NCBI RefSeq assembly: GCF_016433145.1
Contig: NC_058134.1
Coordinates: 258,878,887-258,942,886, forward strand
Source: Gracilinanus agilis
Taxonomy: Eukaryota
Length of the DNA stretch: 64,000 bases
Direction: 5' to 3'
Below the pieces are notes generated by a model. It searched no databases, had not been told where the DNA came from, and was given only the letters and a program-made list of their open reading frames with translations. Positions 13,863 to 25,887 of the stretch are shown here, piece after piece. The stretch's first letter is position 1, and every line of letters begins with the position of its first letter. The translations under genes and the position numbers were made by a program.

Positions 13863-14102
13863 TTTGTTGTTGAGTCATTTCAGTTGCATCCAATTCTCCC
13901 ATGACCCTGCTTTGGGGTTTTCTTGGCAAAGATATTAGAATGGTTTGCCATTTCTTCTCTGGCTCTTTTTTACAAATGAGGAATCTGAAGTTAAGTGACT
14001 TGCCCAGGGTCACCCAGCTAGTAAACATCTGAGGCCAAACTTAAACCAGGTCTTCCTATCTCCAGGTTTGGTACTCTATCCCCTGAGTCACTTTGCTACC
14101 CC
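13863..14102 (-). mobile_element. MAR1 SINE with a BovB/RTE-type 3' tail
   Basis: Reverse complement contains gaaatggcaaacca..ctttgccaagaaaacccc. Confidence 0.8.
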
Positions 14103-14977
14103 TTAAAATAGAATAGAAATTTAGAATTAGAAAAGAACCTCAGAAATGGTCTATTTATTTGTGTATATATTTTATTTCTCCCTATGAGATCCTGAGCCCC
14201 TTCAGGGTAAGAACTATGTTTTATTTATCTTACTAGCACCTCCATTTTCTAGCTTAATAATATGCCTTCCGTATAGTGAGTACTTATTTAATGTTGAATT
14301 ACTAAATTGAATATAATCCACTTTCCTTATAGATGAGGAAACTGAAATTCAAATTAAATACTCTGCTCAAGTTGGCATAGCTAGGTGGTGGAAGCATTAG
14401 CAGGAAAACTCAGGCCTCTTGATTTCTAGCCAGGGTTCCTCCCTTTGTGCTGATGTGTTACCACCTAATTATTTTGACTGGACCAAATGGCCAACCTGAG
14501 GGCACCATCCATGTTGCTTTCATGAAGCAAGCATGATGAAAAAGTAGTCACTGTGAATTACATTATTGCTAGAATGTAAAAAATGTGACATACTTTCAAA
14601 GCCTTAACATCTGGCAAGTCAGTGACTTAAGTCCTAGCTAATCAATAAGAGAGAGTCGTTTTCTATTAACGACTTTTTATTTTGAGGGTTGAAAGAGAAC
14701 ATGCTTCTTGTGGCACTGGTAAATTGTAATATTGGGTCAGACTGGCCTTTTTTGATCCATCGTGCTATTGATCTTTCATGGATGCTTAGGCTCAAAAGCT
14801 TTTGCTATGTTTTAATTAGAGTCTCTTTGACTTCTTATGGAATTATCCTACTTGTCCATTTGCTATGGAGGTAGATTTGGTTTTTACTCTGACTTGTTCT
14901 TTACAAAGGCATGTTACTGCTACATATCTTGTTCTCTTCGTAGTACACCCACATTAATTCATTTGTTTGTTTTTTAG

Positions 14978-15075
14978 GAATTCTCTATGGCACGATGACT
15001 TTGGAGCTTGGGGGAACTGTCAACATTACATGTCAGAAGACGGGATATAGTGCCGTACTTGAATTCAAATTAAAG
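14978..15075 (+). CDS. OSBPL8: OSBPL8 exon: ILYGTMTLELGGTVNITCQKTGYSAVLEFKLK
   Basis: Acceptor gtttttttag|; donor AAG|gtcaga. Confidence 0.95.
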
Positions 15076-15099
15076 GTCAGAAACAGGTGATGGGGTACA

Positions 15100-16230
15100 A
15101 TAGACTGTGTCAGAGGTCGTTCTAGCTGTTGATATTGTACAAGTAACAGCCTGTGTGTGGTTCTCATTCCTGTGTCCTTGCTGCAGCCTTTGGTGTCATC
15201 TTCCTCCCCCTTAAACGCTCTCTTCTCTTTTGGTTTCGGGGGTACCACTCTCCTGGCTTTCCTCCTGCCTATCTGACCACTCTTCCTCCCTTTCTTTTGC
15301 TGGCTCCTTTCTTACTTCGATCATGTCCTCTCACCATGAGTGTTGCTCAGTCCTTGGCCCTCTTTTCTTCTCTCTATACTTGGTGATCTCATCAGCTCCC
15401 ATGGATTTAATTACCATCATTATGCTGACGTTTCTGTAATCTCCCAAGTCCTGCCCCAACCTCTCAGCCTTCCTCAAGCCTCTCATCCCCAGTTCCCTTT
15501 CAGACAGCTCACATTTGATGTCCAGTAGACACCTTACCCTCTGAGTATCTAAGAAGAATCTCATTATCTTTTCCACAAACCTCCACCTGTGCTCTGTATT
15601 ACTGTAGCTCTCTGGCTTGTTGCACCATCTCTCACCATCCACATCTAGTCTGTGACCAGTGCCTGTTCACTTCACCCTTGCACCACCCTTCCTTTAACAT
15701 GGCCCCTTCTGTCCTCTGGCACAGCCACTGCCTCATCCAGTGCTTCAGCACTTCTTGCCTGGATGATTGCAATCATCTGCCAGCCTCAGGTCTCCCCCTG
15801 CCCCAGTCCATCCAGAGTCCACCAGAGGAAGACACATCTGAGCACGTCACTGAGCCGCCCTCTGCTCCACAAGCCCCAGCGATCAAATACAGAATGTTCT
15901 GCTCCTTCCTGCCTTTACTCCCTGACACATCCTCATCTGTCCAGTGTTACCTGCCTTGTGGCTAGTCTGTGAACAAGACACTTTGTCTCTCGGCTCAGTG
16001 TTTTCTCTGGCTGCCCTCCACGCCTGGACCTTTGTCCCTCCTCTGCCCCAAATACTGATCTCCTGGGCTTCCTTCAGGCCCCTCCAAATCCCACTTTCTA
16101 CAGGAAGCAGTCTTCCCTCTGTTAATCATTTCCTATTTACCCTGTATGTAGGTGGCTTTACATAGATTTGTTTGCATGTTTCCCCTCCATTAGGCTGGTT
16201 TTTGCTTGGCACTTGGTAGGTGCTCAATAA
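15100..16230 (+). mobile_element. L2 LINE (RT C-terminal part and 3' end)
   Basis: Frameshifted SVLGPLFFSLY and LGDLISSHGFNYHHYADV (YADD-like); ends ggtaggtgctcaataaa. Confidence 0.85.
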
Positions 16231-17026
16231 ATTGATTGATTGCTTATGGTTCTGAGTTCACCTGAGTAAGTCAATAAATCAAATACCCATGATTACCTCA
16301 GTGAGAGTCTCTCTCAGTTGGAATTGTCTGCAACCCATCTGTAATTTAGAATACAGGGGTTACAAAATTGCCTAGTGTGTCAGAAGTGACATTAGAACCC
16401 AGGTTTTTCTCAGCTGAAATCCAGCATTGCTTCTACTATGTGCGAGCAACAACAGCCACCAAAGTTCACTAACATTCTTGCTCTGGTCTGTAAATAATAA
16501 TCGTTAAAATAGTCTGGGAAATAGAATCGTACTCGTTGGGCAAGCATGGGCTCAAATGCTACCCTTGACACTTAATAGCTGTGGGATGTTAGTTGGCTCC
16601 CTTAACTTCTGAGTCTCATATTCACTGTCTGTAAAATGGAGATAATGGTATCTGGAGTACTCACCTCACAGGGCTGATGTGAGACTCAAGTAAGAATTAA
16701 GCTCTTGGTGCTATCAAGTTTGATAGGTTATCCTTCTGCAGAAAAAAGCGGCCATTTGAATTTTTTGGTGTCAGAAGTGAATTTAAAATTTTTAAATCAT
16801 AAAGCAGTTTCTGTTAGACATGTGAATATACTGGAGGGGAGCTGTGACTTGTATGAATAAGTACGGAGGTCTAAATGTATTGTAAATACATGTATAGTAA
16901 TATCATATATGTACAGTAAAAAGTTTGAATTGAAAGGGTAAAGACCTTGGGACAAAGTGCTTTAAGAAAATTAGGGCATCGAAGTGGCCAGAGGAGGTGA
17001 TAAAAATACTTTAAAAAAAATTTGAG

Positions 17027-17645
17027 GAGCAGCAGAGTGGCTCAGTAGATAGAAAGCCAGGCCTAGAGATGGGAGGTCCTGGGTTTAAGCCTGGCCTCAG
17101 ATCCTTTCTAGCTGTGTTACCCTGATCTAGTCACTTAATCCCAATTTTTTTTTTTTAATCCTGGGTCTCCATTCTAGGAGCATAGGGCCACAACCAGTAG
17201 GCATTGGGACACACAGTCGCTCAGGGTCACCCAGCTGGGAAGTGTCTGAGCCCGGACTTGAACCTAGGACCTTTAGCCTCTAGGCCTGGCTCTCAATCCA
17301 CTGAGCTAGCCCAGCTGCCCCTACTTTAGGTTGCAGTTTCTTTAGCAGATGTAGTTTTTACAGGGTGGGGTTGCTAGCCCCACGCCCAACCCTCCTCCTT
17401 TTTCATCCGGGCTAGGGACTATCCTTGGCCCAGGAGTGGTAAGGGTGGGCAGTAGGGGTCAAGTGACTTGCCCAAGGTCACACAGCCGGACTTGAACCTA
17501 GGACCTCCAGTCTCTAGGCCTGGCTCTCAATCCACTGAGCCACTCAGCTGCCCCCTAATCCCAATTGCCTAACCCTTATTCTTTTCTGCCTTGGAAAAAG
17601 TACTTCATATTAATTCTAAAGTGGAAGGTAAGGGTTAAAAAAAAA
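17027..17645 (+). mobile_element. MAR1-like SINE split by a nested dimeric SINE
   Basis: Head at 17027-17146 and tail at 17556-17645 join into one element once the insert is removed. Confidence 0.8.
17147..17555 (-). mobile_element. Dimeric SINE (two SINE1_Mdo-like monomers plus a linker) with poly(A) and an 11-bp TSD
   Basis: TSD taatcccaatt at 17136-17146 and 17556-17566; poly-T at the left end. Confidence 0.85.
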
Positions 17646-17838
17646 TTGACTGTTCGGGCCATTATCTTTTAATTTTTTTTCCAGAGTCTGTGTCTATTTA
17701 GAATACTTTGTTATTTGAATTCATGTTACATGATATGAATGACTCCAAATCAACTATGAAGCCCCTTTGCCTGTGTGTCCATTGTTTTATGCACATTGTT
17801 TTAAAATGAACTAAATGTTTCTTTTCTTTTAAAAAAAG

Positions 17839-17928
17839 CCATTTCTAGGTAGCAGTGACTGTGTTAATCAGATATCAGGGAAGCTTAAACTGGGAAAAGA
17901 AGTGTTAGCTACTTTGGAAGGCCATTGG
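17839..17928 (+). CDS. OSBPL8: OSBPL8 exon: PFLGSSDCVNQISGKLKLGKEVLATLEGHW
   Basis: Acceptor cttttaaaaaaag|CCA; donor TGG|gtgagt; 90 nt, phase 0/0. Confidence 0.95.
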
Positions 17929-18988
17929 GTGAGTATCAACTTTTACAATACAGCTTTTTTAAAATGTTCAGAAAGAAAAGTAATTGCTACTTTTAAAAAA
18001 TTCCTTTTATCTGACTGGCAGCAACCTTGATATTCATAAATACCCTCTTTATATTAGAAAGGCTAGCATGGCATTTTATTAAACAAACTGCATTTTTGTA
18101 ATTCAGTTGATGATTTCTTTTAGAAAGAAACATTTAACTAAAAGGCTAAGACAATTTCCATAAAGCCTACATTTCTTTTAAGAAAAGGAAGAAATAACAT
18201 TAAATCATAGTTCTGTAATCATCAAGATCATATAATGTTTTCATCTAGTTTGGTAAAGAGGAGCTAAAATGAATGAAAATCTATATGCACACTACAGACA
18301 CACACATTATATATACACCTGGGCTTTGATTGTTATTTTGTGAGATTTTAATGTTGGTGCACTTTGCAGAGAAAATGAAAATGACTTGTGAGAACTCATC
18401 TAAGTGACTTATACAGCTGTCTAAAGATTTTAATAAGTCTAGTTATGTGTATAGCTATGTTTGAAAATGGAATTTTTAGATTTTTCTAATGGATACATTT
18501 TCTCCATAGATTATGCTTTGTTGTAGCATTGCTAAATTATGTTTTATTCTACTGTTGTTGCTAAAGAGCCATTTTTTCAGACTTTGATCATATTTGAAAT
18601 TCATCCTTACATCTTATAAAATTATTTTGATTCGGTAGTTTTTAAACAGTGTATGTATTGTCTTTAGTCACTTGAAAATGATTTGAATTGCTCTAGTTTC
18701 AGTCACTGAGTTTGTTAGCAAATTGTAGATAATTGATCTATAACATTAGGAAAAGGGATTGTGGATAAACTTAAATTAATTTTAATTCTCAGAAGATTCA
18801 ATAGTAAGAGGAAAACACCATGATATTCAAAGTTTAGCCAGTCAAATTTGAGAGAAGAGATATATTAGTAAATATGGGAAAAATGATCACATTACATTCT
18901 CTAGTAGCTGGCATTCAGTAACATTATAAATCTGTAAGAACAAAAAGGAAGTTTAATGATAACCCAAGTTTTTATTTTTTAAAAACAG

Positions 18989-19125
18989 GATAGTGAAGTT
19001 ATTATTAATGATAAGAAGACTGATTCTTCAGAGGCTTTCTGGAATCCAACTAATGAAATTAAGCAGCGGAGACTAATAAGACACACTGTAAAATTTGAAG
19101 AGCAGGAACCATTTGAATCAGAGAA
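18989..19125 (+). CDS. OSBPL8: OSBPL8 exon: DSEVIINDKKTDSSEAFWNPTNEIKQRRLIRHTVKFEEQEPFESE(K)
   Basis: Acceptor aaaacag|GAT; donor AA|gtaagt. Confidence 0.95.
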
Positions 19126-20455
19126 GTAAGTAGACTTATTTTCAGGTAAAACTTAGTTATTTTTGGCTTGACTTGGGATTTCATGGGCCTAGTTAAATCC
19201 ATGTAAGTAAATTTCTAACTACTAATGTAGCTCAACAACTGTTTTACAGCTTATATAGTCTAACTTGCATGACAATCAGAGATAAAGGTCACAGAGCCAG
19301 GATCTATAGAACAAAGCCAAGTCTTTCCAACTCCAGGGTTAGCTTTAGAGGCTCATTATGCTACAAAAAGAAAAAAAGCATATATTTTCAAAATAGCAAT
19401 TTCTCTATTCTCTGTTTGCAGCCGTTTATTTTCCTTTAGTCTGCTGATATTTCGTTGGGTAGTTTATGGACTTGATAGTATTCTTTTTGGAGGAACTTGT
19501 AAGTAACTACAAATCTAAAAGAGAAGATTCTACTCTCATGGCACTTAACCCAAAACTCAGTAACCTCTCCTAGAAAGGTCTGGAACTCGGACATAAAAAT
19601 AGGCAGGCTCATGTCGCACCTCCTCCCCTTCATGCTGTAACCTTGGAAATATCAGTCATCTGAAGATCACCTTCGCAGAATTCGGGGAAGATTTGTGGCC
19701 AGACTCATCCCAGAGGGATGCGTTTTTCCACCCCAGAAGCTCTTGAAGATATTCATGGTGGAGGACTGAAGGCAGCTCTCCTGGAAGGGAGAGGCCTGGC
19801 AGCCACACCAGCAGAACGGCAGATCAGGAAGTCGTGGGCATGGGCACTCTGCACCTTTCTAACATGCCCATCACCAGGGAATATTCTGCAGGATTGAACC
19901 ACATCCATAGCCTCAGGCTCACATAAAGCCAGATGACAAAGTGGCAGCCACATTCGGGGGCTGGTAAAGGAGAGCGGGGGGAGTTTATTTGTTATCACAC
20001 TCCCACAGATGGCAGCCTGTCTCGAAGGCCGCCTAGTGACGACAGAAGCCTCGATGATGGAGAAGTGGACCCCGCGAGAATCCTTTTAAGTTTATGCATC
20101 AATGGCGGGGGATGAAGAAGTAAAGAAAATCTCTGAAAAACTTCACAAGCTTCATAGATATAGCCATATTTTTAATGGCTTCAGCACCGAGGTCAGCACA
20201 GGAAATGGAGGGAAATTTATTGGAAGATGAAGTTTAGGATAAAAAGAGAGAGTCTGAAGGTTTATAATCTACTAAGAATAGCCCACATTTTTGTAAATTG
20301 GTAATATATAATCTTTGAAACTTTCGTTTTCTTAGGTTTGGAGACCATTAGATATAGTAATCACTGAAGGATATCACAAAAAATGAAATTGAGTATTTCT
20401 TAGTCAACATGAAATAGGACTCACTAATAGTCATTTAAAAATTAGCTGTCTGTTG

Positions 20456-20650
20456 GGGGCAGCTGAGTGGCCCAGTGGATTGAGAGCCATGTGACACAAG
20501 GTCCTGGGTTCAAATGTGGCCTCATATATTTCCAAGCTATGTGACCCTGGGCAAGTCACTTAACCCCCATTGCCTACCTTTTACCAGTCTTCTGCCTTGG
20601 AAGCAATATTTAGTACTGATTCTAAGATCAAAGGTAAGGGTTTTGAATCT
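20456..20650 (+). mobile_element. CORE-SINE (MAR1/SINE1_Mdo-like)
   Basis: gggggcagctgagtggcccagtggattgagagcc...ggtaagggtttt. Confidence 0.85.
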
Positions 20651-21052
20651 AATAAAAAAGAATCAGCTCTTTGTGCACAGAGTTCATTCAGTGATTGGAA
20701 CAGAGGTCATCAGAAGTACTAGATGAGGAGGAGAAAGAGGAAGAGTCGGCACCATAGGAGCGCTGAGGCTCCAGCCCAAGCTCTTCCAAAGGAAAGCTCT
20801 CTGTTTTGCTATTCCCTAAAAGGCTGGCTGCCTCAGCATGGGCCTGGCACCCGGGAGTCATTTCCTAAATGGCAGGGGGCAGCCTCCTGACCACACAAGC
20901 TTTGTTGAGCATTTCTGAGGGAGGCGCTCAAGGATTTTGGGTGCCTGATCTCCTAAAGCAGGGCCAAGTAGGGCAGGAGAAAATAAGCCTAAAAAAAGAA
21001 TGATGGGAACCCTACCAAGTGGCTGAGAGACAGAGGAGACTAAGAGGAAGTA

Positions 21053-21378
21053 TGGAGATTAAAATTAATATGCAAAATACTAAATACTATATTTATAAAT
21101 ATTTTATTAATAATAAACTAACAAAAGAGACTAACTAAAAGGTACTAACCAGCTCGCTCCCAGGAACCAAAGAGAGAGAGGGAAGAGTTACAGCCAATTA
21201 TAAAACAATAAGGTAACCACCCAAAAGTGGAGGCTCAGGAGAGATTAAAGGCAATTTTGGGAAAACTAAGGACTTATGGGGGATGAAGTCCAAGGTTCAA
21301 AATCTCCATTTGTACAGAAGGCAGCCATTGGTCAGCCTCTGCCCCCTTCAGTCGTCTCAGATTCTGTATCTCAGGACA
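21053..21378 (-). mobile_element. Possible short solo LTR
   Basis: Minus strand reads TG...CA with AATAAA and an AT-rich U5-like end (atattaattttaatctcca). No clean TSD. Confidence 0.4.
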
Positions 21379-23129
21379 CTATGCAAGGAAGTCACCACGG
21401 CTTTATTAGTATATAACTCACAACTATTACATGAGGAGGATGCAACTAGGCTTATTATCCCCATTGCACGGATGAGGAAAATGAAGGCCAAGTGCCCAGA
21501 AGCTGGAGGTGGAGAAGACCTTAAATAGAATTTAAACCAAAATCTCCTGGCTTAGAAGTGGAAGGGAGCTCTTTTATACTTGAAAGACACTAAGCCTCAA
21601 AGCAGGGAAGCTCCTGGGCCTGGCCCAGAGACAGTCCATAGCAGAGATGAGATTTGAATCTAGGTCCTCAGACCCCAAATTCAGAACTCTTTTCATTGGG
21701 CTACACTGTCTGAGTTTAAACCTAAGAAAATATTGCTTTATAGATATAGGAGTACATGTATATGCTCACCCCTTTCCTTTTTATACACTGTTTAGGCATC
21801 TCTTTTATGTGACATCAGAAATAATTATAAAATACTTTCAAAGTTTTCGTGAGAGGATTTTTGTAAAATTCCTTTTTTCGAAAAGTAATTTTGGGGATTG
21901 ACATAACTCTGTGTTATGTGAGAAATAGACTGATGGCCTTTAAAGATATATAAAGGATGCCATGGAAATTCTAGAGTTGTTTCATTGTTCTTCCAAAGTT
22001 TTTTCCTCTACTAAATCTCTATTGCAGTAACTCATCAAGATGGAAAGGCAAGCCTGAATTCTCAGGAGCCATCATAATGCTGAAGATGATTAAAATAGTC
22101 ATAGTAATTATAACAGTAATAGCAGCATGTCTGCAGCACCTACACGTGCCAGGCGCTCTGCTCAGCTCTTTACAAAGATCATCTCCCTCAGGCCTCACAA
22201 TGGCCCTGGGAGGTAGGTGGCTCTTCCGAACCCCATCGTAGAGTTGAGGCAGCTGAGGCAGACATGGAAGTGACTTGCCCAAGAACATGGGGCTGGTTAG
22301 TGTCTGAAGAAAGAAGGGAATCCTGTGTCTGACTCTGGGTCCAGCCTCTGTCCATGGTGCTACCTCACCGCTTTGTTAGGCACACCTGAATTCACACAGC
22401 TTCCTCCAGGCTGAATGGTTTGTGGGCCAGACCAGGCCTCAGATTCTTGTCCAGCCAAGCTTGAATATCATTATCACCAGCTGACTGGTGGCTGTGTGCA
22501 GCCCTATGACCACTCTTGTGCTAATGAATCACCGAGGTTTGAAATTCAAGATCTGTGCGAGGTCCCTTAATGGCTTCCTCTGGATTTGACTATCCCGAAT
22601 CCAGTTTATCACCACGTCCCTCTCTATGAAGACAGGCACCATGGGACACACTCAAATGTGTACAGGAAATCTGTGTGAGGGGATGCATATCACTTACATT
22701 TCCTAGCGTATTATTCCATCTACTATAGATTTATCTCTTAAAATAAAGAAGAAAAAGAATCTGGCAAAAATAGTCACTATGTCAAAAAAAATGGCATTTC
22801 ATTCATTGTTCCATACCTATAGATCACCAGTTGAGGTGATGCAATTTTAAAGTGACAGTGATCATTTTTAAAAATATCCTAGAGAAGAAAATCTCAAAAG
22901 GAGTGGAAAAAAGCACAACTCTTTTTTTTTAACTCATAAAAAGATAACTGAGATGATATTGGCATCTGCTAACCCATGTGACTACTTTCTTCTCTATATA
23001 GAATCATTTCTCATATTATTCTTGATGAAAAGGGAACTGGATGAGCTTTTATTAACAAGATAACATCTTTGTCACAAACAGAAGTATAGGGAATATTAAA
23101 TCTCATTTTTAAATGACATCATTTAAATT

Positions 23130-23600
23130 AAAAGATTTTGATGTCCCCAAATGTACAGACAACTTACAAATATTCTCAAATGGAGAAGCAGTCAAAGAAC
23201 GTGAACAGTTTTCAAGAGAATTGCAAATTAATAATAACAATCAGAAAGAATGTTTCAAATTATAACTTGGAATAACCCTGCAGTTTCACCCCACACACAA
23301 ATTGGCCAAAAATGTCCAAGGCTAGTAAGAGTTAGTGTTGGAGTAGTTGTGGAAATCTAAGCACAGTAATGCGGTGTTGAATTGGTGCAACCATTGTGGA
23401 AAATAATTTGGGATTATGCAAAGAAAATGACTAAAATGTCTAAACCCCTAGTGCTAGACATGTGCCCCAGCGGAGTTGTGGGCTCCCCCCCCCCCATGCC
23501 CAATATATAAAATAAATGTTCACAGCAGCATTTTTTGTGGTGTCAAAGAACTGGAAGCACAACAGACGCCCATTCATTGGGGATTGCGGTCTGTGCGACT
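23130..23600 (+). mobile_element. Old L1 ORF2 3' fragment
   Basis: tcaaaga..gaacagttttc..gttcacagcagcattttttgtggtgtcaaagaactgg. Confidence 0.75.
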
Positions 23601-24757
23601 TTAAAAGGCTCCTGAATAGGGCAGGGCGGAGGTGAAGAATGCCTTTCACTGAGGGAGCAGCACCAGAACCCTGTGCAGAAGCTCCATGAGAAGGGAGCCC
23701 GCCCTAAGGGGATAAGAAGTAGGAACTGGAGGCGGCCTGGGGGGACACGTACCAACTGTGAGACCCTGGACGAGTCACTTAGAGTCTGTCTTCATTTTCT
23801 TAACTGTCAGATGGGGATAGTCATAGTCCCACTTTCCGAGATTGTTGCGAGGGCCAAGTGAGAGAGTGTTTGTGGAACACTGTGAGTGTTATTATTTGGC
23901 ACTACTTTCTCCAGAAGTTAGTGGCCAGGAGGAGCTCAAAGAAAGCAGGGATGCCACCCAGGCTGCACTCCCAAACGTGACCCAAAGCAGAATAAAATGA
24001 ATGAATTGGGAAACGGATGACAAACTAAACATGCAGCAAAGCACCCACAGCAGAAGTCCCCATGCAGCCCGCGGGGAGTCCCCTGGAGGAGAGGGTTCCT
24101 TGGAAGTCACCCGGAGAGCGCAAGGAGGATGCGGGAGACAGAAGGGAGGACTCCGGGCCACAAGCAGAGGAGGTGGGCCGCCACCCCGAGAGGAAAGGAG
24201 AACTCCCTGGGCCGGGGCCAGTCCGTGAGGCTCATGGAGAGCCCGGGTGTGCGTCACCTGGGCCGCGAGTGGCCGAAGCCACCAAAGGCAGATGGCTGAA
24301 GGCCGCGTGGGCTCTCCCCTCCTCCTCCTTCTCTGGGTGACCCTCAGCACCGAGATCAGCCCCGACCCGGCGTGGTTCTTTACCGGGAACCCAGCGTGGC
24401 TTCTTCCATCATGAACTTTAAAATACTGGGTGGTATTATTTGAAAATTTAGCTAAAGGCTAGTTTGTAGCATGATTTGTTTCATTAGTGTATTCTGGAGA
24501 GGAGGGACAACCTGGCTTCAAGGCTTTCTTCTGACACACGCTGCATGACCTGAACTAGTCATTAACTTTTTACTGTTCTAGGCAAATGGCTCAGACTCTC
24601 AAAAGATTGCAGAGGAAATTCCTCACCAGGGCGATCCCAGCACCAGTCAATTCAGCAGCCCAGTCCCTGTCTGCTGTGGTCATTTAATCTAGTGCTATTT
24701 GCAGCTCTTTTTTTGGATTCACTTGCAAGTTATTTTCCTTTTGCATCACTTTGCCAG

Positions 24758-24943
24758 GCTGTGGCAACGGGTTACTCGGGCCATAAATGTCAAAGACCAG
24801 ACAGAAGCTACTCAAGAGAAATATGTTTTAGAAGAAGCTCAAAGAAAGGCTGCCAGAGACCGGAAAGGGAAAAATGAAGAATGGGTTTGCAAGTTATTTG
24901 AACTTGATGCTACCACAGGAGAATGGCATTATAGATACTCTGA
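24758..24943 (+). CDS. OSBPL8: OSBPL8 exon: LWQRVTRAINVKDQTEATQEKYVLEEAQRKAARDRKGKNEEWVCKLFELDATTGEWHYRYS(D)
   Basis: Conserved ORD C-terminal helix (ATQEK.VLEEAQR). Acceptor ttgccag|; donor GA|gtgagt. Confidence 0.96.
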
Positions 24944-25887
24944 GTGAGTAACCCAAAATACTTACTATTAATTGAATATTTGGGGGGGATTCTTGCAGGC
25001 TAGCACATTTCTGTCATTGTTTCTATAGAAATTTTAGAAATGGAAGCCTGGCATATTAGTGTTCCTATGACCTCAGCTTAGCATTTCCCTGTGTGCTTTC
25101 ATTATCAAATCAGATGATGAGTTCAGAGTACATTGTCATATGAGGGCCTGTACTGCCACGAAAATGACTCTTCTGAGGTACAAGCTGACTCTGCTGCTTC
25201 AGTGGCTTTCCCTTTAGTCCAGGATAAAATTCCAACACCTCTGCCTGGGTCGTCTGGCCCTCACCTACTCCCTCGACTTTATTTCACTTTACTCTGCTTC
25301 TGGTAAGGTACATGCCACTCAAATTGGACTATGACTTGTTCTCTGAATGTGAAACTCCATCTGTCACCTAGAAGGTGCTGCTGCTTCATTTCTACATCTC
25401 AATATCTTTATCATTCTTTAAGGCTCACAGCAGGCACCACTTCCTCTCTGAAACTTTCCTTGATATCTCCCCAATTTAGTGCTTTTCCCCACATCAGTTT
25501 TACTTATAGTATATTTACTTGAGTATATTTCTATTCTCCCAGGAATTCTTAGGGATTATTCTGTTTGTTTCTTTGTAAAAAAAAAAAAAAAAAAAAAAAG
25601 TAGCTAGTGCTGGGCTTTGTTATAGCATGTGTTTAATAAACAACAGTTGTGCATGTTGTTTGCTGTATTAAATGCACATCCTGTTACAGAAGGAGCCCTT
25701 TTTTAAGAAAGTTTGTGCTTCTATGCAGAGAGTTCATTCTGCTGGTTTTTAAAAACTAAAAACTTTATTCCATGTAATAGTATGATAAGCTCATCAAAAG
25801 GAGGCAAAGTCTTCTTTGCTTGGGGTAACAGAGAGTGTTCTTGGGATGAATCTGCCTCTAACAAATCATTTTCTTCATTCTCTATAG

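Noticed and set aside
15033-16165. Cluster of 60-106 aa ORFs
   Set aside because: These are frameshifted pieces of a decayed L2 element.
19660-20000. Faint resemblance of translated frames to a JmjC/KDM4 segment
   Set aside because: Only scattered residues match and the spacing is inconsistent, so it is not supportable.
23892-24350. 152-aa, 92-aa and 75-aa overlapping ORFs as a nested gene
   Set aside because: Multiple frames are open because the sequence is GC-rich and stop-poor. There is no recognisable homology, and the composition is low-complexity R/G/P.
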